From Crocinitomicaceae bacterium (GTDB lineage: Bacteria > Bacteroidota > Bacteroidia > Flavobacteriales_D > Crocinitomicaceae): DNA of 64,000 nucleotides. The notes beneath the pieces were generated by a model. It did not search any database, had not been told where the DNA came from, and saw nothing but the letters and a program-made list of their open reading frames with translations. Shown one piece after another: positions 51,725 to 61,959 of the stretch (position 1 is its first letter; each line of letters opens with the position of its first letter). A program made the translations under genes and the position numbers. Location: positions 56,697 to 120,696 of the forward strand of contig JADJYC010000004.1 in assembly GCA_016719925.1 (NCBI GenBank), written 5' to 3'.

Positions 51725-52345
51725 ATGAAACAAATATTAATATTGGTGTTATTCACTGTGGTTGTTTTATCATGCAAAAAATCAACTCTGGTTGTGATTC
51801 AAGCAGAAGATTATGTTACAGGTGAAGGAAGTGCGTATGCGGGTATGGAGTATGCGGTTTCAGAAGCGTGGATTCCATTTTTTGAAACAAAATCAAAAAT
51901 TGTAGCCACAGGATATCTCGATGAAAATGGTTATGCATCATTTGACTTAAAAATGAAAAATAATCGTAAATATATATTAGGAGTTAGTGAGCCGGAAAAT
52001 ATTTGTTATGGAGGTCTAATGCAGCATTATTTGGAGCATGAGAAAAACAATCATATTGCATTTAAATACTCTACTTGCTCATATCTGAAAATTATTGTTA
52101 ACAATATAAATTGCGTTGATGAAAATGATGAAATTAAATATACTCGGACTTGGTTAACAGGTGATGAAATAGGTACTGAAGTAATAAAACACGGGTGTTA
52201 CTCTTTTGAAGGAAGTTATTTCGAGCTGCCTGCGGGTGATTATCGATATGATTGGGTAGTTACCAAAAGTGGAATGACATCGAACTATAGCCAGAATTTC
52301 ATCTTATTAAGTGGTGATAGCCTTGTTTTTCAGATTGATTATTAA
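51725..52345 (+). CDS. Hypothetical lipoprotein (paralog of 53624..54283)
   Basis: Lipobox VVLSC. The C-terminal pattern NCVDENDE...HGCYSF...PAGDYRY... is shared with the ORF at 53624. Confidence 0.4.
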   Translation: MKQILILVLFTVVVLSCKKSTLVVIQAEDYVTGEGSAYAGMEYAVSEAWIPFFETKSKIVATGYLDENGYASFDLKMKNNRKYILGVSEPENICYGGLMQHYLEHEKNNHIAFKYSTCSYLKIIVNNINCVDENDEIKYTRTWLTGDEIGTEVIKHGCYSFEGSYFELPAGDYRYDWVVTKSGMTSNYSQNFILLSGDSLVFQIDY

Positions 52346-52377
52346 GTATAAAGGTCTATAAAGTTAAAAAGCGATTA

Positions 52378-52938
52378 ATGTTGTATAATAAAATAAAAGA
52401 TACGTTGTTTATTAAAATAATTTATATTTCAATCATTGCTGTTTCTTGCAATAAATCGGATGATAATGGCAATTCTTCAGATGAATGTGCACCAAACAGT
52501 GGAAGTTTCAATGTGGATGTGAACGGGAATAATTATGATATGATTGTGAATTCTGAAACCCAATTCACTATTCTTTATAATTATTCAGGAACCAATGAAA
52601 CTGAATTTATTATTGATTCCAAAGATCAAAACGGAAATCCAATGAATATTGAGTTAGCTTTCCCTGGTCAGTTCAACAACGGCACAACTGCTTATTCGAA
52701 TGATGTATTAGATTTTGACTTTTTTACTATTGATGTTGATACATTTAATTTATATGTATCGTCTGTTACTTTTGAGGTTTCGGAGAGTGATTTCAATTCT
52801 CAGGATGGAACATATAACCCTGTAATTTCTTCTTTTACAGGTACAGCACATTCATTTCCATGGACAAATGGGCAACCGCCTCTAAATACGTTGAGTATAA
52901 GCGGGTCATTTTGCCTGAACGGAATTATATTGCCGTAA
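52378..52938 (+). CDS. Hypothetical lipoprotein, possibly the N-terminal part of the downstream T9SS-CTD ORF
   Basis: Lipobox IAVSC. The downstream ORF 52977..53627 has no signal peptide of its own. Confidence 0.35.
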   Translation: MLYNKIKDTLFIKIIYISIIAVSCNKSDDNGNSSDECAPNSGSFNVDVNGNNYDMIVNSETQFTILYNYSGTNETEFIIDSKDQNGNPMNIELAFPGQFNNGTTAYSNDVLDFDFFTIDVDTFNLYVSSVTFEVSESDFNSQDGTYNPVISSFTGTAHSFPWTNGQPPLNTLSISGSFCLNGIILP

Positions 52939-52976
52939 ATCTTTGGATACAGTTTTAACATCTCCGGTTTATCCGG

Positions 52977-53627
52977 ATGAGGACGAAATGGGTATACAAG
53001 TTTATGCAACAAAAAACATTTATCATGGATGAATTAGAACCTACGGTAGTGTATTTACAGAATCAACGAGTAGGTTGGAATACAAATGGAGTAGAATACA
53101 AAGCGCAGTATGAAGCTTCTTACGCAATTTTTTTGGGTGAAAACGTGAGTCCAAAAACTGATGTTGCACCTTATGAAATATGGAACAACGGCAGCATTTT
53201 TTGTATGGCTGAAACACACATAACGCTTTCCAAAGGTTTTCATGCCAAAGCGGGATCTGAATTTCACGCGCAAATTGGATATGTAGGCTATAGTCCATGC
53301 ACAGATGGTAAATCTTCCGAACAAGTAACTACTGTTGTAAATGACACTTATAAACCGGAAATCTCATCCGATGAAACTGTTATCGAAAGTGATAATAAAA
53401 ATTACATCATTGCTCCAAACCCAAGCATTGGAGAACAAAGTTTCCAGATTTTAAGTTCTAATAGTGAAACATTGACTATTAGACTTTTTGATTTATCTGG
53501 TAAACAAATTTACTGGGGCCGAATCCAAGCAAACACTAATTTATCTCCAGACCTACAATCAGGAGTTTATATTGTAATAATTGACAACGGAACATCAGAA
53601 CAAATTGAAAAACTTGTGATCCAATGA
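52977..53627 (+). CDS. GFHAK-domain protein with a T9SS C-terminal sorting domain
   Basis: VGWNTNGVEYKAQYEASYAIFLGENVSPKTDVAPYEIWNNGSIFCMAETHITLSKGFHAKAGSEFHA is paralogous to residues of ORF 51114 (YKAWYKSRYQIFIGNNVTPKTD...GFHAKPGSTFHA). It ends with the CTD ...GVYIVIIDNGTSEQIEKLVIQ. Confidence 0.45.
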   Translation: MRTKWVYKFMQQKTFIMDELEPTVVYLQNQRVGWNTNGVEYKAQYEASYAIFLGENVSPKTDVAPYEIWNNGSIFCMAETHITLSKGFHAKAGSEFHAQIGYVGYSPCTDGKSSEQVTTVVNDTYKPEISSDETVIESDNKNYIIAPNPSIGEQSFQILSSNSETLTIRLFDLSGKQIYWGRIQANTNLSPDLQSGVYIVIIDNGTSEQIEKLVIQ

Positions 53628-54283
53628 AAATACAAATGTTAGCAAGTTTGATAGCAATATTTTTATTCTTTAACTGCAATAAGGAAGAAAGTGAAATGTG
53701 GACAGAAGTTCATGTTTCTGCTAAAAATGCTCATACCGGTGAACCATTATCAGACATTTACATAGGTTTGATTGAGTGGGACAATCGGTTATTGTTTGAT
53801 TCAAAAGGCAAATCAATTTCAGAGGGCTTTACCGATACAAATGGCGAATACCATTTCGAATGGAAAGCCAGGCGTGGAAACGGATTCACTTATGATTACG
53901 TTGCACAGGCCAATCCGGAAAAATACTATCAGGAAAATTTTCAACAAATTGATTTTTTAAAAAAGGGAGAAATTCACCATTATAATATTACGTTACTGCC
54001 TTATGCTGGACTGTATTATCATATCCAAAACGAAAACTGTTTTGATGGAACAGACAGTATGTGGTTTAAGCGTGAACATGATTTAATTGATTATCAGAGT
54101 GAGGACTGGAATCCATTGCCGCGTGTAGGATGTTATAGTTTGTTTTCTGATATACCTTACGATGTCCCAATGGGTAATTATACATTTACTATGAAAATCA
54201 AACGCAATGGAATAATTACCTATTTAGAAAAAGAAATTACTCTGATAGAAGGACAAGTAGACACAATTGAGTTGTTTTATTAA
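53624..54283 (+). CDS. Hypothetical lipoprotein (paralog of 51725..52345)
   Basis: Lipobox FLFFNC. It shares ...ENCFDGTD...VGCYSLF...PMGNYTF with the ORF at 51725. Confidence 0.4.
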   Translation: MKIQMLASLIAIFLFFNCNKEESEMWTEVHVSAKNAHTGEPLSDIYIGLIEWDNRLLFDSKGKSISEGFTDTNGEYHFEWKARRGNGFTYDYVAQANPEKYYQENFQQIDFLKKGEIHHYNITLLPYAGLYYHIQNENCFDGTDSMWFKREHDLIDYQSEDWNPLPRVGCYSLFSDIPYDVPMGNYTFTMKIKRNGIITYLEKEITLIEGQVDTIELFY

Positions 54284-54306
54284 TAAAATGAAATCGTTTT
54301 AAGTTT

Positions 54307-54846
54307 TTGTTTTGTAACTCTAATAATTTTATAATTTGCATGTTACATGTGTTTTCTAAAAGTCTCATCCTTTTAATTCTTTTTTATATAGGTACTAATG
54401 TCTGTACAGGTCAAAAAAAATCCAAAATGCAGTTGAAGTTAACAAGCACAGAGTTAAATCAGCCTCATTTTTTTAAGGAGCATCGAAAGATATCCGTTTG
54501 GATTAATGATTCCGTCTCTTATAGAGGAATTTTCACAATTCCTGACTCAACACATGTTTCCTTAGCAGATACTAGCATTTTTATTGATGATATCAAAGGA
54601 ATAAAAGGTAAAAATACCAGAAGAGCAGCAGGAGCTCCAGCTGTGATTTTGGCACCTGTCTTCAGTGGTCTTATAGTTGAGTATATTCTTTTAATTTACG
54701 ATAATTCTTTTTTTTCTTACTTTCCTTTGCCTACTTTTTGCGGGATTGGAGGAACGTTAGTTGGCACAATAACGGTAGTACTTTGTATGGATAACAAGAC
54801 ATATCTTAACTTAGAAAATTCAGATTTTCGAATTATCGAGCGATGA
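54307..54846 (+). CDS. Hypothetical membrane protein (179 aa)
   Basis: N-terminal and C-terminal hydrophobic segments. No recognisable domain. Confidence 0.3.
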   Translation: MFCNSNNFIICMLHVFSKSLILLILFYIGTNVCTGQKKSKMQLKLTSTELNQPHFFKEHRKISVWINDSVSYRGIFTIPDSTHVSLADTSIFIDDIKGIKGKNTRRAAGAPAVILAPVFSGLIVEYILLIYDNSFFSYFPLPTFCGIGGTLVGTITVVLCMDNKTYLNLENSDFRIIER

Positions 54847-55010
54847 ATTCCTGATTCCGAAGATGAATTTTTTTTCGTTACGAGTAACATTGGATCATGG
54901 AAAGAAAAATGGAAGTGAGTTAAACAGTATATGCTTTAAATTTTCAAATTCTGGGTCAGTTATTATAAACTAAGAGTAATATGAATGAATCAAACATCAA
55001 TTAAATGGAT

Positions 55011-56059
55011 TTACTTCAAATTATCAATAACCTTTTTCACCATCTCTTCAAACACCTGAGCAGACAACGTATTTTCCTGCAAAACAGCTGGCCGCCCAAC
55101 ATCACCTGCCTCGCGAACGCTTTGTATCAAAGGAACCTGAGCAAGTAAAGGTACATTCATCGATTCAGCCAAATTCTTTGCACCGTCTTTTCCAAAAATG
55201 AAGTACTTATTGTTTGGTAACTCTTCCGGCGTAAACCAGGCCATGTTTTCTACAATTCCTAAAACAGGTACTTTCAACGAATCCATACGGAACATATTGA
55301 TTCCTTTTCGTGCATCTGCCAAAGCAACTTCTTGCGGCGTACTGACAATAACAACTCCTGTTAACGGAACATTTTGCACCAATGTCAAATGCACATCACC
55401 AGTTCCGGGAGGTAAATCCACAATCATAAAATCGAGATCACCCCAATCCGCATCTTTGAACATTTGATTTAATGCTTTGGTTGCCATAGGGCCTCGCCAT
55501 ACAACCGCTTGTTCAGGATCAGCAAAAAATCCAATGGAAAGAATTTTTACTCCGTATGATTCGATTGGTTTGATCAAAGTTTTTCCATCTTTTCTACACC
55601 AACCGGTCTTTGTCCAACCAAATCAAACATGGTTGGCATGGATGGTCCGTAAATATCCGCATCTACCAATCCAACTTTATAACCAAGTTTAGCCAGACCT
55701 GCGGCCAGATTTGCAGTGATGGTAGATTTTCCAACACCACCTTTTCCGGATGCAACGGCAATAATGTGTTTTACATTGGAAAGAATTGCACGCACTTCAG
55801 GTTCTTTATCTTTTGGAAGCGGTACCAATGAAATTTCTGCTTCAATGTCTTTTCCGAACGCACGTTCAAGCTGAAACTGCAATGCTTCTTCCATCCGCTT
55901 TTTTGCATGCATGGCAGGATTGTACACCTTGACACTGAATGAAATTTTATTACCGTCAATTTTTATATCCGAAACGAGATCAAGTGTGATGATGTCTTTT
56001 TTCAGATCAGGCTCGATGACTTTTCTGAGCGCTTCGATTAGGTTTTCTTGTGTGATCAT
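55011..56059 (-). CDS. apbC: Mrp/NBP35 family Fe-S cluster carrier ATPase (ApbC), frameshifted at the T4 run 55590-55593
   Basis: N-terminal DUF59-like segment, P-loop [19 protein letters not shown], ...VGVEK in one frame, then [22 protein letters not shown]...DLPPGTGD in the other. Confidence 0.75.
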
Positions 56060-56063
56060 TGTT

Positions 56064-56250
56064 TAGGGCTAAGGGCAAAGGACTAAGGACAAAGGGATTC
56101 GTTTTGTTAGCTTAATGCTTGCCAATTATTTTTTAGTTGTTTTTTTGGAGAACTAAGGGCAGGGGGCTAAGGACTAAGGGGAACTTTTAATTTTAAAAAA
56201 CTTTTCCATTGACCTTTGCCCCCTGTCCTTAGCCCTTTGACCTATTTAGA
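56064..56250. repeat. Heptamer-repeat element: forward arrays (56064-56098, 56150-56188) and inverted array (56212-56245)
   Basis: GGGCTAAGGGCAAAGGACTAAGGACAAAGGG...AACTAAGGGCAGGGGGCTAAGGACTAAGGGG...CCTTTGCCCCCTGTCCTTAGCCCTTT. The first ~85 bp are homologous to 57018-57102. Confidence 0.7.
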
Positions 56251-57012
56251 TTTAAACTTATTAATAGCATTCACTGTAAATTCTGAAAGTACCAACTCAC
56301 CACTCATTCCCGCGCGCACTTTTAAAAGACTGTCCCAGTTCTCTGTTCCTTCCCAGAATATTTTTTTGAGTTTAGACATAGCTTCCGGATTTGACTCCGC
56401 TAATTTATTTGCCAACACATCTATTGCTTTATCCATTTCTTCAACTGTATCAAAAAGTTGTGTATAAAGTCCCTTTTCTCTTGCCCATTCTGCAGAATGA
56501 AATTCAGTTGCGTTGATGGTCATTTGTGACATGGCAGACAAACCAACTTTTCTTTGCACTGCTGGTCCAACTACAAACGGTCCGATGCCTACTGCCAATT
56601 CAGATAATTTTACTTCAGCACCTTTAGTTGCAAAACAATAATCTACTGATGATGCAAGTCCTACTCCTCCACCTACTGCTTTTCCCTGAACTCTTCCAAT
56701 AATTAATTTCGGAGATTTTCTGCAGGCATTAATCACGCTTGCAAATCCTGAAAAGAAAATTTTTCCGGTCTTCAGATCTTTAATTGAAATCAACTCATCA
56801 AAACTGGCTCCGGCACAAAATGCTTTATCACCTGCTGATTTTAATACAATCACTTTCACTTTACTCATTGCGCTGACATCGGTAATTGTCTTTGCCAGCT
56901 GCGCCAGAATTTTTCCCGGCAGTGAGTTACTTAAAGGATGACCAAACTCAATGGTTGCGATTCCTTTTTCGTTTACTTCTGATTTTACGTGACCTTGGTT
57001 GAGTGCGCTCAT
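56242..57012 (-). CDS. Enoyl-CoA hydratase/isomerase family protein (crotonase fold)
   Basis: ...VIVLKSAGDKAFCAGASFDEL... carries the oxyanion-hole motif. 256 aa. Confidence 0.8.
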   Translation of the reverse strand: MSALNQGHVKSEVNEKGIATIEFGHPLSNSLPGKILAQLAKTITDVSAMSKVKVIVLKSAGDKAFCAGASFDELISIKDLKTGKIFFSGFASVINACRKSPKLIIGRVQGKAVGGGVGLASSVDYCFATKGAEVKLSELAVGIGPFVVGPAVQRKVGLSAMSQMTINATEFHSAEWAREKGLYTQLFDTVEEMDKAIDVLANKLAESNPEAMSKLKKIFWEGTENWDSLLKVRAGMSGELVLSEFTVNAINKFKSK

Positions 57013-57017
57013 ATTTT

Positions 57018-57102
57018 TTAAGGGCTAAGGGCAGAGGGCTAAGGACAAAGGGATTGACTTTGATGGCTTAACACTTGCCGAATATTTCTTTAATTGTTTT
57101 TT
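57018..57102. repeat. Heptamer-repeat element (homolog of 56064-56148)
   Basis: GGGCTAAGGGCAGAGGGCTAAGGACAAAGGGATTGACTTTGATGGCTTAACACTTGCCGAATATTTCTTTAATTGTTTTTTAG. Confidence 0.7.
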
Positions 57103-57503
57103 AGTTCAAGTTTTGAAATCATTGACTTTATCATTTTCTCAACTTGTAAAATTTGATTTTTTAGACTTGTTATATCATTCTCATTAACATAATTTAGTCT
57201 TACACAAATTTCCAGTTGAGTATTTAGCTCACATATAGATCCATAAGAAATTCTTAGAAATTGAATGTAACTTCCAAGATATTTTCTACCCCAACCTTCT
57301 GCTATATTTGAAGGAACAGAAACTGCTGCCCGACGGATTTGATTTGTGATACCAAACTTTTCATCTGAAGGGAAATCCTTAGAAACTTCATAAACATGAA
57401 CAACCAAATCCATCGCCTTCTGCCAAACAATTAAATCACGATACGAATTTATTTTTCCGTATTCTACTGTTCCCTCTTCAAATATCCAATTCTCTAATTC
57501 CAT
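57090..57503 (-). CDS. Four-helix-bundle protein (TIGR02436-like, 23S rRNA intervening-sequence protein family)
   Basis: ...SYRDLIVWQKAMDLVVHVYEVSKDFPSDEKFGITNQIRRAAVSVPSNIAEGWGR... is the family signature. It is flanked by heptamer arrays on both sides. Confidence 0.7.
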   Translation of the reverse strand: MELENWIFEEGTVEYGKINSYRDLIVWQKAMDLVVHVYEVSKDFPSDEKFGITNQIRRAAVSVPSNIAEGWGRKYLGSYIQFLRISYGSICELNTQLEICVRLNYVNENDITSLKNQILQVEKMIKSMISKLELKNN

Positions 57504-57524
57504 TTCCGTATTATAAATTAATTA

Positions 57525-57570
57525 CAACCCCTTAGTCCTCTGTCCTTAGCCCTTTGCCCTAACTCTGATT
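57525..57570. repeat. Heptamer array (reverse orientation)
   Basis: CCCCTTAGTCCTCTGTCCTTAGCCCTTTGCCCTAA. Confidence 0.65.
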
Positions 57571-59607
57571 TAGTTTTTTTACCATAGTTAAAATTGTTGC
57601 AATAGCAACCGTCTCCCCAGTCTCATCATACACATCTACTAAAAACTTTACGATGCCTTTTGCAATGTCTGCTTCATTTCTTTTTTCCTGATCTACTTTT
57701 TCTTTTACTGTAAATCTCACGCCAATTGTTGCTCCGGGATAAACAGGTTTTGTAAAGCGCGCTTCATCTATTCCATAATTCAAAAGTACCGGCCCTTTTT
57801 TAGGATCAACAAATAAACCTGCTGCTTTTGAAAGAATAAAATAACCGTGCGCAACTCGTCTTTCAAAAATAGTTCCGTCCAGTGAAGTGGCATCCATGTG
57901 TGCGTAAAAATTATCTCCGCTTACATTTGCAAAATTGACTATGTCTGCATCACTTACGGTGTGTTTGTGAGTGAAAACGGTTTCACCAATTTCCAATTCT
58001 TCAAAATGTTTTCTGAAGACATGTGGAACTGCTTCCGGCAGATCTGCGCCTACCTGAAACTGTTCTGTGATTTTTGTAATTGTTTGCGGATGTCCTTGTA
58101 TGGCGGTGCGCTGTAAATAATGCATCACGCCTCTTTTTCCTCCCATCTCTTCTCCCCCACCAGCACGGCCAGGACCACCATGCGTAAGCATTGGCATAGG
58201 CGAACCGTGTCCTGTACTTTCATCTGCACAACGTCTGTTCAATACATGAATTCTGCCATGTGATGTAGCTGCTCCCAAAACATATTCTTTTGCAATTTCA
58301 TCATCCGCTGTAATGATTGAAGACACCAAAGATCCTTTACCCATTTTGGCAATTTCAATTGCATCTTCTAAATTTTTATACGGCATGATGGTTGACACCG
58401 GGCCAAAACATTCAATGTTGTGTACACCTTGATTTTTAAACGGATCATCATTCCTGAAAACAATCGTTGGAAAAAATGCACCTTTATTTTTATCTGCGCT
58501 CAGCACATCAAAATTATCCATGTCACCAATCACAATTTTCTGCTCTTTCATCAACAACTCAACATTGTGACGAACGCGTTCAACTTGTAATTTTGTAGCA
58601 AGTGATCCCATTCTTACATTGGCATCTGCCGGATCTCCGATTGTGTTTTTTGCCAGACGTGATGCAAGAGCTTTTTGCACATCATCGATTAAGTTTTCAG
58701 GAACAACAATTCTTCTGACGGAAGTACATTTTTGTCCTGCCTTTACGGTAATTTCTCTCTGAACTTCTTTAATGAAAATATCAAATTCCGGTGTGCCCGG
58801 CACAGCGTCTTTACCAAGAATTGCAGCATTTAATGAATCTGCTTCCAGGTTAAATGAAACAGAATTATCTACTATGTTGGGTAAACTTTTTAATTTTTTT
58901 CCGGTTGATGCGGATCCTGTAAATGTTACAACATCATCCTGAGAAACGTGATCTAAAATTCCTCTTCCCAAACCGCAAACTAACTGAAGAGATCCTTCAG
59001 GAATAATTCCGGAAGCCACTATGTCTCTCACCATTTCTTCAGTCAGAAAACAAGTAAATTCAGATGGTTTAACAATTGCCGGTACGCCTGCAAAAAAGTT
59101 CACCGCAATTTTTTCAAGCATTCCCCAAATTGGAAAATTAAATGCGTTGATGTGTATAGCAACTCCTTGTTTCGGTACCATAATGTGGTGACCGATAAAA
59201 GACCCCCCTTTGGAAAGAGGAATAGCAGTACCATCTACATAATAAGGCAAATCCGGAAACTGTCTTCTTAATGAAGCATTGGCAAATAAATTGCCGCAAC
59301 CTCCTTCAATATCAATCCATGAATCTAATCTTGTTGCACCTGTCCATGCACTCACCTCATAATACTTCTTTTTATTTTTCATTAAGAAGAGAGCGAGTTC
59401 TTTCAGCATCAAACCGCGCTGCTGAAACGTCATTTTACGCAATGCTTTTCCTCCGGTTGATTTTGCGTAATTCATCATTGCGGCGTAATCCAATCCGGCT
59501 GAAGAGCAGGTTCCGATTTTTTCACCGGTAATAGCGTTGAATAATTCGGTTTCTATTCCGTCACCGCTGATCCATTTTCCAAGTGCATAATTTTGGTAGA
59601 CTTTCAT
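57559..59607 (-). CDS. paaZ: PaaZ-like bifunctional protein: N-terminal aldehyde dehydrogenase domain fused to a C-terminal MaoC-like (R)-hydratase domain
   Basis: ALDH-like N-terminus ...[30 protein letters not shown].... The C-terminus ...[22 protein letters not shown]...[13 protein letters not shown]... is a MaoC hot-dog fold. 682 aa. Confidence 0.7.
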   Translation of the reverse strand: MKVYQNYALGKWISGDGIETELFNAITGEKIGTCSSAGLDYAAMMNYAKSTGGKALRKMTFQQRGLMLKELALFLMKNKKKYYEVSAWTGATRLDSWIDIEGGCGNLFANASLRRQFPDLPYYVDGTAIPLSKGGSFIGHHIMVPKQGVAIHINAFNFPIWGMLEKIAVNFFAGVPAIVKPSEFTCFLTEEMVRDIVASGIIPEGSLQLVCGLGRGILDHVSQDDVVTFTGSASTGKKLKSLPNIVDNSVSFNLEADSLNAAILGKDAVPGTPEFDIFIKEVQREITVKAGQKCTSVRRIVVPENLIDDVQKALASRLAKNTIGDPADANVRMGSLATKLQVERVRHNVELLMKEQKIVIGDMDNFDVLSADKNKGAFFPTIVFRNDDPFKNQGVHNIECFGPVSTIMPYKNLEDAIEIAKMGKGSLVSSIITADDEIAKEYVLGAATSHGRIHVLNRRCADESTGHGSPMPMLTHGGPGRAGGGEEMGGKRGVMHYLQRTAIQGHPQTITKITEQFQVGADLPEAVPHVFRKHFEELEIGETVFTHKHTVSDADIVNFANVSGDNFYAHMDATSLDGTIFERRVAHGYFILSKAAGLFVDPKKGPVLLNYGIDEARFTKPVYPGATIGVRFTVKEKVDQEKRNEADIAKGIVKFLVDVYDETGETVAIATILTMVKKLNQS

Positions 59608-59635
59608 TTGTTGTCAGGTTTGAGGGATAAAGTTA

Positions 59636-59860
59636 TGTTATTTTTTAGGACTAAGGGCTAAGGACTAAGGGCTAAGGGCTATTGACTTCGGACTTAGGGC
59701 TGAATGGTGAGGACTTAGGCAAATGAAAAATTTGTTTTGGATAATGATCCTTCTGAGATATAATTTATTCTCGAAACTCATTCCTTGAGCAAAAAACCTT
59801 GGCTAATTCAACTATAAATCCCTTGTCCTCTGCCCTTAGCCCTTTGTCCTATAATAATCT
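59636..59860. repeat. Heptamer-array inverted pair (forward 59636-59712, reverse 59815-59860)
   Basis: AGGACTAAGGGCTAAGGACTAAGGGCTAAGGGCTATTGACTTCGGACTTAGGGCTGA ... ATCCCTTGTCCTCTGCCCTTAGCCCTTTGTCCTAT. Confidence 0.7.
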
Positions 59861-59925
59861 AATCGGACTATTTTTGTTTTTGATTAAGAAACCCCTTATC
59901 TTTGCCCCAGTTCTTAATTTTATTT

Positions 59926-60032
59926 ACTTATAAAGAAAGGTGGAGGGACCGGCCCTGCGAAACCTTGGCAACCTGTTCCTTTCAGAGAATAAGGTGCCAA
60001 TTCCTTCCTGTTTATTATCGGGATAATATAAG
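59926..60032 (+). ncRNA. SAM-I (S-box) riboswitch in the 5' leader of the metH N-terminal module
   Basis: CTTATAAAGAAAGGTGGAGGGACCGGCCCTGCGAAACCTTGGCAACC...AAGGTGCCAATTCC...GGGATAATATAAG matches the SAM-I consensus (GGUGGAGGGAC.GGCCC..GAAACC..GGCAACC...AAGGUGC.AAUUCC) with a closing P1 CTTATA/TATAAG. Confidence 0.75.
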
Positions 60033-60070
60033 CGTTAATCAGTTTTCCGGTCTCGCCTCTGTAGTTGTTT

Positions 60071-61099
60071 ATGAACGATATCAGAGAAATATTAAAACAT
60101 CGCATTTTGGTGCTGGACGGCGCTATGGGCACTATGATTCAGCGGTATAAACTGGAAGAAGCAGATTTCAGAAAAGGCTGGTTTGAAAATCATCCAAAAC
60201 CGCTGAAAGGAAACAATGATTTATTGGTTTTGACCAGACCGGATATCATCAAAGAAATTCATCGTGAATATTTAGAAGCCGGTGCTGACATTCTGGAAAC
60301 AAACACATTCAGCGGAACTACTATTGCGCAAGCTGATTATGGCCTGGAAAAATATGCATACGATATTAATTTTCACGGTGCAAAAATTGCCAAAGAAGTT
60401 TGTCAAGAATTCACAAAAAAAAATCCGGACAAATTAAGATTTGTTGCCGGATCAATCGGACCGACCAACGTGACACTTTCTATTTCTCCAAATGTCAATG
60501 ATCCGGGATTCAGAAGTACAACTTTTGATAAAATGGTTGTGGCTTATGAAGAACAGGTGAAAGGATTGATCGATGGAGGAGCTGATTTGCTTTTAATAGA
60601 AACAATTTTTGATACACTCAATGCAAAGGCAGCACTTTTTGCAACTCAAAATGTACAGGAAAAACTGGGAACAAATCTTCCCATCATGATTTCAGGAACA
60701 ATAACGGATGCCAGCGGACGAACGCTATCTGGTCAAACTGCTGAAGCATTTTTAGTTTCAGTTCAGCATGCAGATTTACTTTCTGTTGGATTGAATTGTG
60801 CTTTAGGCGCAAGTACGCTGAGACCATATCTTCAGGTATTGAAAAAAAATGCACCGTTCGCTATTTCAGCGCATCCAAATGCCGGACTTCCAAATGAAAT
60901 GGGTCAATATGATGAGACTCCGGAAATGATGGCCGCACAAATTAAAACATTCCTGGATGAAGGTTTGGTAAATATTGTTGGAGGATGCTGCGGAACAACA
61001 CCGGCGCATATTAAGGCGATTGCGGAGCTGGTTGAAAAGAGGGCAAAGGGCAGAGGACAAAGGGCAGAGGACAAAGGAAATGTAGTAACGGGTTCTTGA
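60071..61099 (+). CDS. metH: Homocysteine S-methyltransferase module of cobalamin-dependent methionine synthase (MetH N-terminal domain as a separate ORF)
   Basis: [24 protein letters not shown]...[21 protein letters not shown] are Hcy-binding domain motifs. The last ~20 codons ([18 protein letters not shown]) are encoded by a heptamer repeat array. Confidence 0.8.
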   Translation: MNDIREILKHRILVLDGAMGTMIQRYKLEEADFRKGWFENHPKPLKGNNDLLVLTRPDIIKEIHREYLEAGADILETNTFSGTTIAQADYGLEKYAYDINFHGAKIAKEVCQEFTKKNPDKLRFVAGSIGPTNVTLSISPNVNDPGFRSTTFDKMVVAYEEQVKGLIDGGADLLLIETIFDTLNAKAALFATQNVQEKLGTNLPIMISGTITDASGRTLSGQTAEAFLVSVQHADLLSVGLNCALGASTLRPYLQVLKKNAPFAISAHPNAGLPNEMGQYDETPEMMAAQIKTFLDEGLVNIVGGCCGTTPAHIKAIAELVEKRAKGRGQRAEDKGNVVTGS

Positions 61100-61212
61100 A
61101 AAAAATAAATACTAATTTGAAAATTCAACTGGAAAAATAATGCAACGTCTTGAAAATAAAAATAACTCATACGGACAAAACCCTCTGTCCTTAGCCCTTA
61201 GACCTCTGTCCT
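61037..61212. repeat. Heptamer-array inverted pair (forward 61037-61082, reverse 61176-61212)
   Basis: AGGGCAAAGGGCAGAGGACAAAGGGCAGAGGACAAAGG ... CCCTCTGTCCTTAGCCCTTAGACCTCTGTCC. The forward arm overlaps the 3' end of the metH N-terminal ORF. Confidence 0.7.
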
Positions 61213-61217
61213 AAAAA

Positions 61218-61959
61218 ATGGCATCACATTTCGGTAAAATATTAGGCGGTGGTTTAGGCTGGGCTTTCGGTGGTCCGCTTGGTGCTTTAATTGGCGTAGC
61301 TATTGGCGGAATTCTTGACGTTGGAAATTCTGCGGGACAAACACGAAGAACTATTATTGGCAATCAACCTCATCAGACACAAGCAGGTGATTTTGGTGCA
61401 GCATTGATTGCGCTTTCTGCGGTGGTCATGAAAGCAGATGGAAAAATTCTGAAATCAGAAATTCAGTTTGTACGTGATTTTTTTACCAGACAATTTGGTG
61501 TTCCCCGCACCAATGAATACATCAAATTACTTCAGGAAATTTTAAAACAGGATATTCCGGTAAGAGAAATTTGTTTTCAGATTCGTCACAACATGGAGCA
61601 TCCGCTGCGACTTGAATTGCTTCGTTATCTTTTGAAGTTTCAAAAGCCGATGGTCATGTTGACAAATCAGAAATTCATATTCTGCATCAACTTTCGGACT
61701 ACTTGGGAATATCAGAAAAGATTTTCTCTCGCTGAAAAACATGTATTATAAAGATGTCGATTCAGCCTATAAAATTTTAGAAATAAACACAAAGGCAACT
61801 GACGAAGAAGTAAAAAAAGCATACCGAAAAATGGCAGTCAAATATCACCCTGATAAATTAAGTTCATTAGGGCCGGAATTTGAAAAAAACGGAAAAGAAA
61901 AATTTCAGAAAGTACAGGAGGCGTATGATAAGATTAAGAAAGAACGTGGATTTAAATGA
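61218..61959 (+). CDS. DjlA-like co-chaperone: Gly-rich TM segment plus TerB-like domain plus C-terminal J-domain (HPD), with two frameshifts (T4 61630-61633, A4 61716-61719)
   Basis: MASHFGKILGGGLGWAFGGPLGALIGVAIGGIL. TerB-like ...ALIALSAVVMKADGKILKSEIQFVRDFF.... Corrected reading ...RYLFEVSKADGHVDKSEIHILHQLSDYLGISEKDFLSLKNMYYKD.... J-domain DSAYKILEINTKATDEEVKKAYRKMAVKYHPDK. Confidence 0.55.

Noticed and set aside
59902-60150. ORFs 59902..60150(+) and 59920..60132(-)
   Set aside because: They overlap the SAM-I riboswitch and the metH start. The structured RNA explains the region.
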